DNA of 64,000 bases from Bigelowiella natans CCMP2755 (GCA_000320545.1 ADNK01001816.1:62001-126000), one strand, 5' to 3'. Positions 1-13,084 are shown, numbered from the stretch's first letter. Numbers and translations: made by a program. The notes: generated from the letters alone by a model not told the origin.

Positions 1-96
<96 letters not shown>
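1..96. repeat. Compound microsatellite (CT)n(AT)n(GT)n
   Basis: Read directly; probably intronic in the minus-strand gene that runs off the window start. Confidence 0.97.
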
Positions 97-98
<2 letters not shown>

Positions 99-326
99 AT
101 ATATACTATATACATACATATTATATGTTTATACCATGTACGGCTTTCCATTCATCGGAACACATTAGCTCCACCAACAAGTAGTTTGCTTGGATATTGT
201 GTTTCAATACCTATGACAAACATATCACCACCACAAGGATAATCAAGACCCCCCTCCTGTAATAATAATACGCACGAACAGCGCATATGTCCATTGCAAA
301 TCGACTAACATTATGCCACAGAAAAC

Positions 327-370
<44 letters not shown>

Positions 371-508
371 CCTCTTCATCCTTCTTCCTCTACTCAGTAG
401 TAGTATTATTAAAAATACAACCTCTAATGTAGTGTACAGCTGCATGATCATCTCAGCAGATCCCATTCGACCGTTGTAAGTATCCAATACTAATAGAAAC
501 GTATATCA

Positions 509-544
<36 letters not shown>

Positions 545-3500
545 TAACAATGATTATTGACAATCATTAATATTTAGTGTATGGCAGCACTCGCTCGCAA
601 CAACTAATAGCTTCAATAGATAATTTGGATGTAGATATGAAGCTGATATTAATGGTTAAGATGACGATAATAGCAAAATTATGGTAACGGCGGTGAATAT
701 TGCTAGATACTATTTCTATTGCAATAAGCATCTACTACCAAAGCCAACAGTGAATACTTTCTTTCTCTCCCCCTCTCTCTCTCCTTCTGAAGAGTGTAAT
801 ATTGACGACGACGCGCTTGCCCCAAGGCTTTGAGAAGGTTGAAGAAGTAAAGGAGGAACCGGCACATATGCTGAAGAGGAGGCGGTGTTGGATGACAGCA
901 TAGATGGCTCATTAAATAGATAAGAAGATGAAGATGAAGAAGAAGTGATAAAGCTGTGAGGCTGTATTAATCTTTGCTTGTGAAGCTGTTGTTGTTCTTG
1001 TTGCTTTAGTTTAGCACCATCATCATCGGCACTATCGATAGAAGGGAAAGGGTGATGGGGACGTTGCGGAAGATATAGGTCTATTGAGGAGGAGGCCTCT
1101 CCGCTTGGAGGTTGAGGAGCTTCTCCTAAGATATCAATATCATCATTTATGTAGCTGTTATGAAATATTAACAGTAACTACGAGAGGGGGGCTTGCTTAT
1201 CAATGCTGCAACAGTCTTCATCATTTCCAGTTTCCACTACTCTCTCTCTCTCTCTCTCCCCCCCCCCCCCCTTCTCTCTATATTTCATTATCTCGCCTCT
1301 TTGTCCATCTCTCCTTTCAGAGGAGAAAGCATACACGACGTTGAGTCACTTACCAATAGTAGTAGTTCCTGTAATAGCAGCAGCCACTCCCAAGAAAGAC
1401 TGATGCATTTCATATATTAAAAAGATTGCAACCATTCATCCAATTAGTAGATACATTCCCATTAAATAATAGATATGTAAACAAGTGTAAACATTAATGC
1501 ACAGGAAGGGCAAATTTTATTTTGTTCAAATATATTCAATAAAAAACCACTACCTCATTTTCGTTTTTTCCTTGTTGTTGTTGTTGTTGTTGTAATGGTT
1601 CCGTTGTTTCTTGCTCCCTACGCTTTCCGCTCTCGATAATAGGTCGATTCTTCCTCATTTGGTGGTCATCATTAATATTATCGTCATCTCCTTTATCCGC
1701 TTCTTCCGCTGCTTTATTGTTTTGGTAGATTCCTAAAGAAGATGACGACAACGACGATGGTGATGATATGGCTATAATGGTTGAAATATCAATGGAGATT
1801 ATATCGATGATTGAGGAGATATGATAACTACGACTATGCTCCTCCCCGTGCCGTCTCTCGAATATAAGAATTATCACCTCTAGTAGCATGTTGCTTCTGC
1901 TTCTGAGGGATCGTCTGTATGGTTTGTGTCGTTGCTGCTGTTGTTACTGTTGCTGGTAGTTCTGCTGCTGCTGCTGCTGATAATGGTTCAAACTGTGGTG
2001 GCATGAGTAACGGAGGTGCCTTCATCTCGCTCTTAGTATACATAGAGGATAAAGATGCTTTGAGATGGTGATTCTGATGTTTGTAGTTGAGAGGCAGTTG
2101 TGGAGGGAACATAACAGCTTCAGAAGAGGTAGCAGTAGCAACAATGTGCTGTTGTTCGATTACAGGACTTAGTTTTAGCTCCTGATTAATGATAGAATAC
2201 CATAACCATCATATATCAGCAGAATAAAATCACTCTCACACTCCCAAAGAAATAGGGTTGATTCAGACAATACTCGGTGAAGTTTAAAATAAGACGACAA
2301 GAAAGACACGTAGAAGATGTTGGGTTTATTATTATTATTACAAATGGGATTCCGGCCATAGACACAAACTTCTGGAATTTGTTTCTTCGATACAAACCAT
2401 AGGATACTGAGGCAATGGCATTTCGACTGAAGATATGGAACACACAATGCTCTTTCTTCTTCTTCTTCTTCTTCTTCATGTAAATTCCTGTGGTAGATAC
2501 TGGACACCAAAAGGCCTCCTTTGGCCCCGTTTTGGCTTGAAGTTGCTATTGATCCAGTATTCATGTTATTATCTTCATGCCAATTATTATCAACCAAGTG
2601 ATTCTCATCCCTCTCTCTCTCTCTCTCTCACTCTCTCAATTATGAGTGTCTATGCAAGTGTGTAACACCAAGCAAGCTAGAATAGGGGTTGCATGCGTTA
2701 GACAAATATAACTACATCGCATATCTTGATGTAGACTTTGGTATTTCTCCCTCTTTTCCTTCTATCCTCCTGTTATAAAACAGTGGAGATGTAACAATAC
2801 GAATGGATCATAAAATCATGGTCTTTATTGTTGATAGTAGTGATAGTAGTAGCAGTAGTAGTAGTTGCTGTTCTTGTAGCAAGCAGCCCGCATATTTTAG
2901 GTTGGCGACTGGAATCGTATTTCCTTTATCATAAGTACTTTTATACTTACTACCTACTTTCTTTTTATTTCTTTTTACTGCCCAATTTACAACTTCAACC
3001 ATGATGACGGCAATCATAGTGCCTACCTTGGTGAGACCCATAACAATATCGTACTTTGAGTCTTCTTGATGCTCCTCCGCTTTCTTATCACTATTGTCAT
3101 TAGATACGTCGTAGTTGCACACCGTTAGCTCTTCTTTCTTCCCCTGGTAGCAATTATGGAAACGAAGAAAACGACGAGGGCTTTCAGGAGAAGGGGGAAA
3201 TGAGCACTTGATTGCTTTCAGCTTCATAACTGAATGCCCTTCCAAACGTTTCTTCAGGTTTTTGTTGTTGGTTGAGCTAATGTCCTACGAAATATATTTC
3301 AAACCATCATGATCTCTAATCATATTCTTCTTTTCAAGTTCTAAATATATCAGTAACAATTCAAAGATGCCGTGACAATGGTAGCCGACTTTTTTCAAAA
3401 CCTTGCATAGGCGACATGGAATGAAACCAATGAAGCCATCAGTGAAGCGAACCATAAGACAGCATCGAACAAGCCAATAGCTTGGAGCTGGGTAGTTGTC

Positions 3501-4670
3501 ATCAAGAGCCTCTAATGTGTATTGCCTATTATAGGCCTTCAGAAGTAGCAGAAGCAGCAGGAAGATATAAAACAGAAAATATGATGTGATGGTGTTTGAA
3601 GGAGAGGGAAGAAGAGGAGTAGGAGGAGGAGGAGGAAATAAAATAGAACTACATCTTAAACCGAAGAATGTTAACTATAAACATATCACACAAGTTTTTG
3701 CAAAACATTGAAAATCATAATCACAGCTTTTTCCTCGGCTAAGATTCTACTATGTATACACTAAGCTGCAAAAAAAGAAGGGTATCGTCAAAAGCAGTCC
3801 TTTGGCTTCACAATTGTGATACACATATTGATATATATTCATAGTATTAACTACTTGAAGAACTGTTTCAAAATCGTTAATTTCCTGAAAGCGTGCCCAT
3901 AAATGATGTGTCTTTCTGTCATCGTCAAGAAGAGGTCGTCCTGGAGAAGATGCTAGTTTACTTGCTGCTTTAGGATCAGTAGCACTGGACATGACGAAGT
4001 CTCTCAAATTCGTATTTTGGCTACCGGAAGAAATTCCTTCGGAACTACTGCCTGTTATCTTTCTTTGGTCAACTCTCATAGTTGGTATGCTATTCGTAAT
4101 ATTACTGCAACTACTACTACTAAGAGTGAAAGGATTCGTTATCATCCTTGAGTTGTCCCTTTTCCTTCCACTATTTCGAAGAAGTTGTTCCTGCTGATTG
4201 TAGTAGGGAGGATGCGGCCAAAGGCCTGCTGTTGCCGGTATATCATTAAACTTAAAAGCATTAGGATCAACACTGGATTCAGTACCGCTATGATTACCAC
4301 TGCCACTCGCAGTTTTACTTGCTGGTAAAGATGATAATGATGATGATGTGGACGATGATGATGCCCTGGAAGATTCTCTTCTCCGTTTTCGGGTTGAATT
4401 CTTAATCGTATGGTTTTCTGAGAGTGGCTTCTTCTTTACGTCCCCCCCAGCCTCAATCACCCTGCCATCTCCTGGATGCTGCTGGAAGTCCTCGATGCTG
4501 CTAGTAGTGTTTCTATAGCTCAAATTTGACTGCAAAGTGGAGCCCTTGCTATTCAACACAGGAATGCTCGTGCCAACTTTTTCAAATGACGATGTTGACG
4601 AGGAGGTAGTGATCGCCTTGAACAAAGCGGATGACGATGATAACTGGGTAGAGGATGATGACGGAAACAT
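1..4670 (-). CDS. Multi-exon hypothetical protein, Ser/Gln-rich, probably continuing beyond the window start
   Basis: The 306-aa ORF 3750-4670 splices in frame via GT-AG to exons at ~3395-3536 (AYNRQYTLEALDDNYPAPSYWLVRCCLMVRFTDGFIGFIPCRLCK) and from ~3285 down (DISSTNNKNLKKRLEGHSVMKLKAIKCSFPP...). Later exons include ~421-489 (VLDTYNGRMGSAEMIMQLYTTLE) and ~135-210 (VLKHNIQANYLLVELMCSDEWKAVH). No family recognised. Confidence 0.6.
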
Positions 4671-5418
4671 TTTGAATCTGCCTAGATGTCCTAAAATTTA
4701 AAACTGCATCATGGGGGAAAAGATGTTACACTGCCAAGCTATATCCATGACGAGGTAATGAGGACTATTTTCCAGGCACTCCTTCTAGTTCGAATTGTTC
4801 TGCTCCTTTGAGGAAGGCTATGTCCGAAGATTACGAACAGACAACGAGGGACGGGAGGAAAGATGCTCACTGACTGTGATGTGAAGAGAAAAAGAGAGCG
4901 CCCTATTTTCCCCGAATAGTCTGATCCCATACGCATGTCATGCTGCTATCAATTCCTTTCCTCCTTCTTGTTGTCTTTCCTCTTTTCTTTCCAGAACTTG
5001 ATAGTACATTAGTGTTAGTCACTTGGTTATCAGCATCATTATCACGCACGCATTCACTCGTTTTCTTTCTTCTTTATGATAATGTGTTTCTTCTCACGGT
5101 CTTTCCTTACTTCTACGTGTAGTTTTGTTTTTTCTTTTTCTTCTTCTTCTATGCATCAACCATCGTCTTAACCACCACCATCATCATCGCAATAGTACGT
5201 GTAGCGTACGAGTACTGACAAAGAAGAGAAGAACGAGTACTGACAAAGAAGAGAAGAAAGAAGAAGAAAAACACTGCATATTATCATTAAGACATAACAA
5301 GTTCTCATTCAATGAGATCACTTCAGCTCCACAATCGTCAACTTTGCCTCATGCGACACAATTTTCAATTTTTTTCTATTAAAAAAGGAATGACTTTGCC
5401 CAACATGAAACTTTCTTT

Positions 5419-5426
5419 TAGATCTA
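5419..5426. promoter_or_regulatory. TAGATCTA palindrome, candidate promoter element (also at 18535, 26894, 27060, 43501, 63991)
   Basis: Exact 8-mer found by eye six times; five copies lie in divergent or upstream-of-ATG regions. Confidence 0.35.
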
Positions 5427-5910
5427 CTTCGAAACTTCTATGCTCTATGCTGAGCATTTGGTAATGTGGTAAAATCTCCTGAAACACGCCTGCCATGTGT
5501 TGAGCAGTGAGCACGCCGACTCTCCTGTGACCTGCGAGAATTTCAAACTTCAGAAAATTCCGAGAAGTGACAACAGTGAGCACTCCTACGACTTGTATCA
5601 TCCTCGACGCTAGAATTAATGATTTCTTATGACAAAGTTTTTATCCAAATAAACTAGACGCATGGGCGAAATGCAGGAAGTGTTATCACGTTCCGATGAT
5701 CACTTCATAAATGAATTCTGAAAATGTTTTAATTTGTAGTGTTGGAATGTGATTGGCTGCTCATAAATGTAATCCTCTTTCCTTTCCCACAGGTGCTGAT
5801 TATTAAGTCGTATGCAAAAAAAGGCATCTATTTTATCCTACAACCAACCACAGTCCCCTCCTCCTCCTCCATCACCCTGGAGAGAAGAAGATACCACAAT
5901 TGAAACCAAC

Positions 5911-6793
5911 ATGAGTGGTTTCGATGATGCCCAATTAGCTGCCGCCATTGCTGCCTCCCTCAACACAAATAACCCAAGGGATTCCCTCATAGAATTTCCA
6001 CCTCTCCTTGGAGTTCGCACAGCGGATGAGAAAACGTGGGTGTGTTGTGCTGGATGTGTGGAAACACCTTTGATGCCTCCTCATACGTGGGTGTGTTGTA
6101 TTGAATGTGTGGAATCACGCTAATGTCTCATCTTACATATATCTTATATATCGTCTGCCAATCAGGAATCTAGTCATCAAACCCAGCGACACAGATAAAG
6201 TTTTCGCCAGACACGAGCCAGGTTGGAGGGAGTGGGAGAAGAGATGGAGAAAGAGAAAGAGAGAGGGGGAGGGGGAGGGGGGGGTTCAGGGGTTCGAATG
6301 GTCTCTACATTACAATTTTCATGTTTGTGTGAAAGTTTATGTATGTATGTATGTATGTGTGTGTGTGTGTGTGTGTGTGGTGTGCATTTTCCATCGTTAC
6401 AATATTCAACAAATATGCAAATGGCGTTATTTACACTTGTTGTACTTCTAAATAGAGATTTCAAGAAATGGGCCCTACGAAATTTTGATCAAGATGACAA
6501 TCGGATCCTTCAAAAACTATAATAGCTCGTGTTTACTACATTGTGGTATCAGTGATAGCAAAGGCGTTGTCTACAACTTTGACCAGAACGGGTAAGAAAA
6601 TGATGCCCTTCTTTTCTCGCAATGGTGGTTTATGTTTGATTGAACCTATGTTGTTCTCGTTTTTAAGCTATCATAAAGACGACTACTGGAAAGGTATTTC
6701 CTTATTCAGTAGATGTAGCAGTTGTAGTAGTTATAGTAGTAGTAGTGGTGAAGGTGGAGGGTGTGTGGGGGGGGGAGAGAGGGGGGAGGGAGG

Positions 6794-6842
<49 letters not shown>

Positions 6843-9750
6843 TATGCATGTGTTGTTATTAATATTTTACCTTATGTACTTGAATACGGGTATAGTGTAA
6901 TTATAAATATCACACCATCAAAATGAAAAAGGAAGGAAGATGATCAAGATTTCCCTCCTCTTCTCCATCCATTCCCTCCTCCTCTTCTCCATGCTTCTTT
7001 CGTCATCTGCAGAGTCAATTCGTGTCAAGATCAACGATCCAAACAACTCAAACGGCGGCGGCCTCTCTGCTACCAAGTGGGATGATGAGCTCAGATCCTT
7101 TGACATGATGCATAAAATGGTAGTAATAGTAGTAGTAGTAGTAGTAACATATTATATGTTGTCACACATCAGAGAGAACTAAAAGAACTGATCATAGATT
7201 ATAACGATGATGAGATCTGAAGAAAATATTGAGGAGAACAAGTAGAATAATGCCAATTAGCCATCTAAAAGAAAATCGTTTCCTAATGGTCGATTATTAA
7301 TCTGATTTTGATTATTGTAATTATTGATTATTGTGTTATTATTTTCTGACTAATCCAAAGTCAGGAAGGCAGTATGTCGCTCTAGGTATTAATATTAAGG
7401 ATTAAGTATCATGTTATATTTAAAAGGAGGATTATAATATTTTTCTATCATCATCATCAATTTCGCCATTTTCACCTTTGTTAACATGATGATATAGTTG
7501 TATTGATGAATGCTCTGCCACTGCTGCTGCTGCTGCTGCCATATAAAAGTGTTGTTAATTTTTGACGTGCATAGTAGTGATGTTGGTTTTTACCATTGCT
7601 ACCTACTACTATTACTACTACTACAGGCGCTAATTGCTACGATTACGCCGTGGGATTTCTCAATTTCATCAAGTTTAAAGGCTCCTCAAGCCACACAACA
7701 TCTTCCATTGAGAAACACTTACTTAACGTTCCTGCACAGAGGGTAGTAGCAGCAGCAGTAGCACCCCGCATTAGTCGGAATAATGTGTTGTAGTTGTAGT
7801 AGCAGAAGGAGGCATATTACATATTAGAGATTGATATGATAAGTTGTATGTATGGTAGGCGATCAAATATTTGGAATACTGGCGAAGAATCAGTAGAAAC
7901 AAAGCAATCCCTTACCCGTTCAAAGTCCCAACAATGCAGATCAACTTCGATGATGAGGGGAAGAAGAACAAGGAGGGGGCTCAAGACCAAGGAGGGAGGA
8001 GGACCAAGGGGAACAACAACAACAACAACAACAGTGTAGATGATAATGATATTAAACCAAAGCCGACTGCCATTCCATCTCTCGAGAAGCAATTTTCAGG
8101 AGAGAGCAAGAAAAATCCTACAAAAGGGTATGTATCCACATTTATGTATATACAATGCACTATTTACGCAAACAAAAGACAGTAAAATTGATCACCTTCT
8201 GGAATATTCCTTCTATTTGAATTATTGTGCTGTACTCACTCTATCTTAAAAGTATCACTTATATTATTCTTAATGATAACTTATTATTACTCTTACATCT
8301 TCACTACTTAATGATCTTACCCAGATTGGTAAGAATTGTGCTGTATTCGGACGGTTTTACGGTAAATGGAGGGCAATTTAGAGCTGTGGAGGGAGATAAA
8401 GATAATAAATCTTTTGTTACTGCCCTTCTCAATGGCAAGGTGGTAGTACCTGATGATATTGCTGAAGGAAGGATGAAGAATGTTCTTGACTTATATAGTA
8501 AGTAGTGCACCCGTTGATATTAGGTGCCTCAGGAGCTTGTTACTATGGCAAATGGGAACAAATTAGACGTTGATTTGGAGGATTTGAGACCAAGATTAGG
8601 TAAAAAAAATAAATGTAGTTGTATGCGACTCACGATGATGAGAGAGTAACGTATTCCTTCATCATCATCATCTTATTATATTATTATTATTATTATTCTA
8701 TGCTGTATGCTGGTGATTGCATCTAAACATGACAAAGTTGTATCTGTGTCAAGCGACCTTGTTTTCATTGGCTGCTACCAACAGGAAGTGTCAAGCCCCA
8801 CTATCTACCTGGGACAACGCTAGAGCGTGTCCACAAAGGCACGATTGAAGTACTATAATGGATGCATTAAGGGCTACTACATACAGAGAAAATAACATCA
8901 TAACAGACGGGGCGGATATTCTCGTTTCTCGTAGTGGAGTTACTTCTACTAGGAGTAGTTCTGTCTCATCATAAAATGCCTTATTAATAATAATAATAAT
9001 AATAATAATAGTAATGGCAAGAGGAGACTACTCCTCCTCCTCCTCCTTCTCCTATAAACATCGCGTCGATAATACGACGGTGCATTCAAACAGTATCTGG
9101 AGTTTGGAAGCGGAGGTTCAGTAACGTACTCTGCAAAGGGGATAGGTCCTGAAACATTTAATGCAGGATCCTACAGCATTGAAGAGAGGCCATACACAAG
9201 GATGGATGGAAAGGTAGTACTGCCTTGTGTATGTATGGTGTGTGTTTACTAGATTATAACCTTCATTTATATTTGCTACTACAAGCTTGCACTAATACTA
9301 CTACTACTACTGCTGCTGCTGCTCCTATGGCTAAGGTTGTGCAGAGAAAGTACTTTATAATGAAAGGGACAGGCGAATTCCAAGGTGCAACTATTACTTC
9401 AAATAGTAGCAGCAGTAGTAGTAGTAGTAGTAGTAGTAGTAGCTCGATAATACAGATCTGTGTACTCTCCATGAGTAAGATGATAATGATGATGATGAGT
9501 GCAATAATGATAATGTTGATGTATTGAATGGTGCAAAATATGATATTGTAATTTCCTTCAACTGCAACATCACCTGTAACGACATTGATGGTGAAGTCCT
9601 GTTATGATCGATCATCACCGCAGGAAAAGAGCAGGTGTGGGAGTGGGATCGTTTAAAGTGCTTTGGACGAAAACGGGAAGAACAGCGAAGAGAATAGCTA
9701 CTATGGCGTCATTCGTATATCATGATGATGATGATGATGATGTATCGTAG
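5911..9750 (+). CDS. UIM + MKRN2OS-like (DUF4796, permuted papain-like) + SEP domain protein
   Basis: Spliced product contains a UIM (DDAQLAAAIAASL, 5923-5961); EILIKMTIGSFKNYNSSCLLHCGISDSKGVVYNFDQNG; KWDDEL; micro-exon 7361-7385; YVALGANCYDYAVGFLNF...AIKYLEYWRRI (MKRN2OS-like His and Asn-Cys motifs); and SEP domain VRIVLYSDGFTVNGGQFRAVEGDKDNKSFVTALLNGK|VPQELVTMANGKQLDVDLED. C-terminal exons end at TAG 9748-9750. Alternative start at 5812. Confidence 0.85.
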
Positions 9751-10650
9751 CACTTGTGTGTCGGTCAGCTAAATGTAGTTGTGCAGTCCAATCTTCCATG
9801 CAAAATGTTGGCATATATGTAAATTGTTAAATGGAATGGGTACATCACATAGGTGATACGTCTGCATTGTTGTTGTTGTAGTGTGTGCTACTGGTCAATA
9901 AATGATGACTGCATGTGTATTTAGATGATCGATATGATGTGTGTACGTAGCAGCAAAATGCTGCACCGGACACGCATGAGATGACCCTCATCTCTCACTC
10001 ATCACATGCAACTTGCATAAGCACCTTGCTAGCATGCAAGAAAACAGACATGTCATTATGCATGCTTTTGCGCTTGCTGCACCTTTGTAACCGTTTTGTG
10101 GGGCATGGTTTGCTTGCGACCGTCACAGGTCGTTGCGGTGCAATTTGGCACTTTGGCGTGCCAAGCTGCGCGTGAGTTGAACGCATGCACACGCGCACAA
10201 AGAAGCATCCCAAGTTCACCCTGCATCGCCTTTGAAATCGACAGGGCGGCACAACTCCCACGTGTTCCTTCGCCAATCGGATCGATCAAACCTTTCGTTG
10301 CGTCATCGTGAACCACTCTACTCACGCTTTCGTTTCCTCGAACTTGTTTCGGCAAGCCGCCTGCAGGCTGCTAGAATTCTTTCACGATGCTCATGGACAA
10401 CCACACCTTCATGGTCCACTTGGATGCACAAGCTTCACGCCAACCACAACATCCCCGGCTTTTGCGAAGACATTGCCCCTGCTGGATGGCATGCAATTGA
10501 TGGCATGAAGCTGTGAAGTTGGAGGATGCATTCTCATTCCTTCTCCATCCCTTGTCGCAACCGAAAAGTAACCCAGCTAGAATCCCGGTTTAAACGAAAC
10601 GAATCCCGGTTTTCCCGATGATCTGTTTCTCGATCCGATCTGCTTGCACT

Positions 10651-10995
10651 CCCTCACCCCTTCAAAAGTCCCAACAATGAAGAGCAACATCGATGATGAG
10701 GGGAAGAAGAACAGCAAGGATGCTGGTGATTGCATCTAAACATGACAAAGTTGTTTCTGTGTCAAGCGACCTTGTTTTCATTGGCTGCTACCAACAGGAA
10801 GTGTCAAGCCCCACTATCTACCTGGGACAACGCTAGAGCGTGTCCACAAAGGCACGATTGAAGTACTATAATGGATGCATTAAGGGCTACTACATACAGA
10901 GAAAATAACATCATAACAGACGGGACGGATATTCTCGTTTCTCGTAGTGGAGTTACTACTACTAGGAGTAGTTCTGTCTCATCATAAAATGCCTT

Positions 10996-11029
<34 letters not shown>

Positions 11030-11432
11030 GCAAGAGGAGACTACTCCTCCTCCTCCTCCTTCTCCTATAAACATCGCGTCGATAATACGACGGTGCATTC
11101 AAACAGTATCTGGAGTTTGGAAGCGGAGGTTCAGTAACGTACTCTGCAACGGGGATGGGTCCTGAAACATTTAATGCAGGATCCTACAGCATCGAAGAGA
11201 GGCCATACACAAGGATGGATGGAAAGGTAGTACTGCCTTGTGTATGTATGGTGTGTGTTTACTAGATTATAACCTTCATTTATATTTGCTACTACAACCT
11301 TGCACTACTACTACTACTACTACTACTACTGCTGCTACTGCTTCTATGGCTAAGGTTGTGCAGAGAAAGTACTTTATAATGAAAGGGACAGGCGAATTCC
11401 AAGGTGCAACTATTACTTCAAATAGTAGCAGC

Positions 11433-11470
<38 letters not shown>

Positions 11471-12130
11471 CTCGATAATACAGATCTGTGTACTCTCATG
11501 AGTAAGATGATAATGATGATGATGAGTGCAATAATGATAATGTTGATGTATTGAATGGTGCAAAATATGATATTGTAATTTCCTTCAACTGCAACATCAC
11601 CTGTAACGACATTGATGGTGAAGTCCTGTTATGATCGATCATCACCGCAGGAAAAGAGCAGGTGTGGGAGTGGGATCGTTTAAAGTGCTTTGGACGAAAA
11701 CGGGAAGAACAGCGAAGAGAATAGCTACTATGGCGTCATTCGTATATCATGATGATGATGATGATGATGATGATGTATCGTAGCACTTGTGTGTCGGTCA
11801 GCTAAATGTAGTTGTGCAGTCCAATCTTCCATGCAAAATGTTGGCATATACGTAAATTGTTAAATGGAATGGGTACATCACATAGGTGATACGTCTGCAT
11901 TGTTGTTGTTGTAGTGTGTGCTACTGGCCAATAAATGATGACTGCAGGTGTGCATGTGCATTCAGATGATCGATATGATGTGTGTAATTACTGTGTCTAT
12001 TATTGTATGTAGCAGCAAAATGCTGCACCGGACAAGCATGAGAAGACCCTCACATGCAACTTGCACCTTGCTTGCAAGAACTAGAAAACAGACATGTCAT
12101 TGTGCATGCTAGCATGCTTTCTGCGCTTGC
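10651..12130 (+). pseudogene. Partial duplicate of the 3' end of the UIM/DUF4796/SEP gene
   Basis: 10720-~12130 is nearly identical to 8707-~10080 and is preceded by a ~65-nt diverged copy of ~7908-7972. The micro-exon copy at ~11484-11501 has a 1-nt deletion (tactctcatg vs tactctccatg), giving a frameshift. No 5' exons. Confidence 0.85.
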
Positions 12131-12918
12131 ACCTCATTTGCATGTGCGTGACCGTTACACAGTGCACAGTTTGCCTGCTTTGCAACAGCACACATCCTGC
12201 ATCCTTGTCTTCGCCGCCATGCTAGCATGCTGCATGTGTGCCGCTAGGTGACAAGGCACATCCTGTGTGCTGTTCAACAACAACAAAGACCAGCACACTA
12301 GCACAGCTTGACAGTGTGCGCTGCAGCAGGCAGATAGTTGACCAATTGAGCACGTGTTTGTCGTCATGTGTTTTTTGTTGTTGATTGCACGTGCTTGCAT
12401 GCACCTCATGCATCCTAGAGCTTTAGCTTGCACAAGCAGCAGGCGGGCATATGGATGAACAATCGTCATCTGTGCTGGCATGTGCTAGTGTGGCAAGTGA
12501 CACGTGGGCTAGGCAGTCTAGCCATGCCTACCACTTGTGATTGTGGAGTGGCACATGTTGCACAATTGCAATTTTGCATCATCTCATTTGTTTGGTTTAT
12601 TGTTGGTGGTGTCTGAATGATGGAATGTATCTTGGTCATGCATGTGCATCCCTGCTGTGGCCTAGCTAGGAAACACTTCACTATTGAGCATGCCATTCAT
12701 CTTGCGACCGTCACACATCATTGCGGTGCACCTTGGCGCACCAAGCTACGCACAAACGCATGCACACACGCACAAACGCACACATTACATTAGCATGTTT
12801 TACGGCATTTGAAAACGTACATGTGACACGACTATCATTTACACTTAATAAACAATGTCAGTGAGCGACGTAATAAATGAATGTATCACATGACAAGCAG
12901 CAACATAGCTCTTATCTA

Positions 12919-13032
12919 TTACTCAAGCAATGGTTTTAGATGCTCCAGCCATTGTTCAAGAGTAAAGCCACTAGATACACCGCCATCTTCAATGCCTTTA
13001 ATTGAGATTTACAAGTCAGATGATTCAACACA

Positions 13033-13084
<52 letters not shown>

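Noticed and set aside
1-96. Telomeric repeat at the window start
   Set aside because: Simple dinucleotide microsatellites identical in kind to those in many introns.
5380-5720. snoRNA or other ncRNA in the first divergent gap
   Set aside because: No convincing box C/D pair with a terminal stem and no recognisable snRNA/tRNA fold.
8839-8907. GC-AG intron in the SEP gene
   Set aside because: An alternative GT donor 11 nt downstream also yields an open chain, so this cannot be decided without transcripts.
10090-10560. CpG-methylation decay or fungal-type RIP as the cause of the CA/TG excess
   Set aside because: CpG is plentiful and TpA is missing. RIP would enrich TpA, and 5mC decay would deplete CpG.
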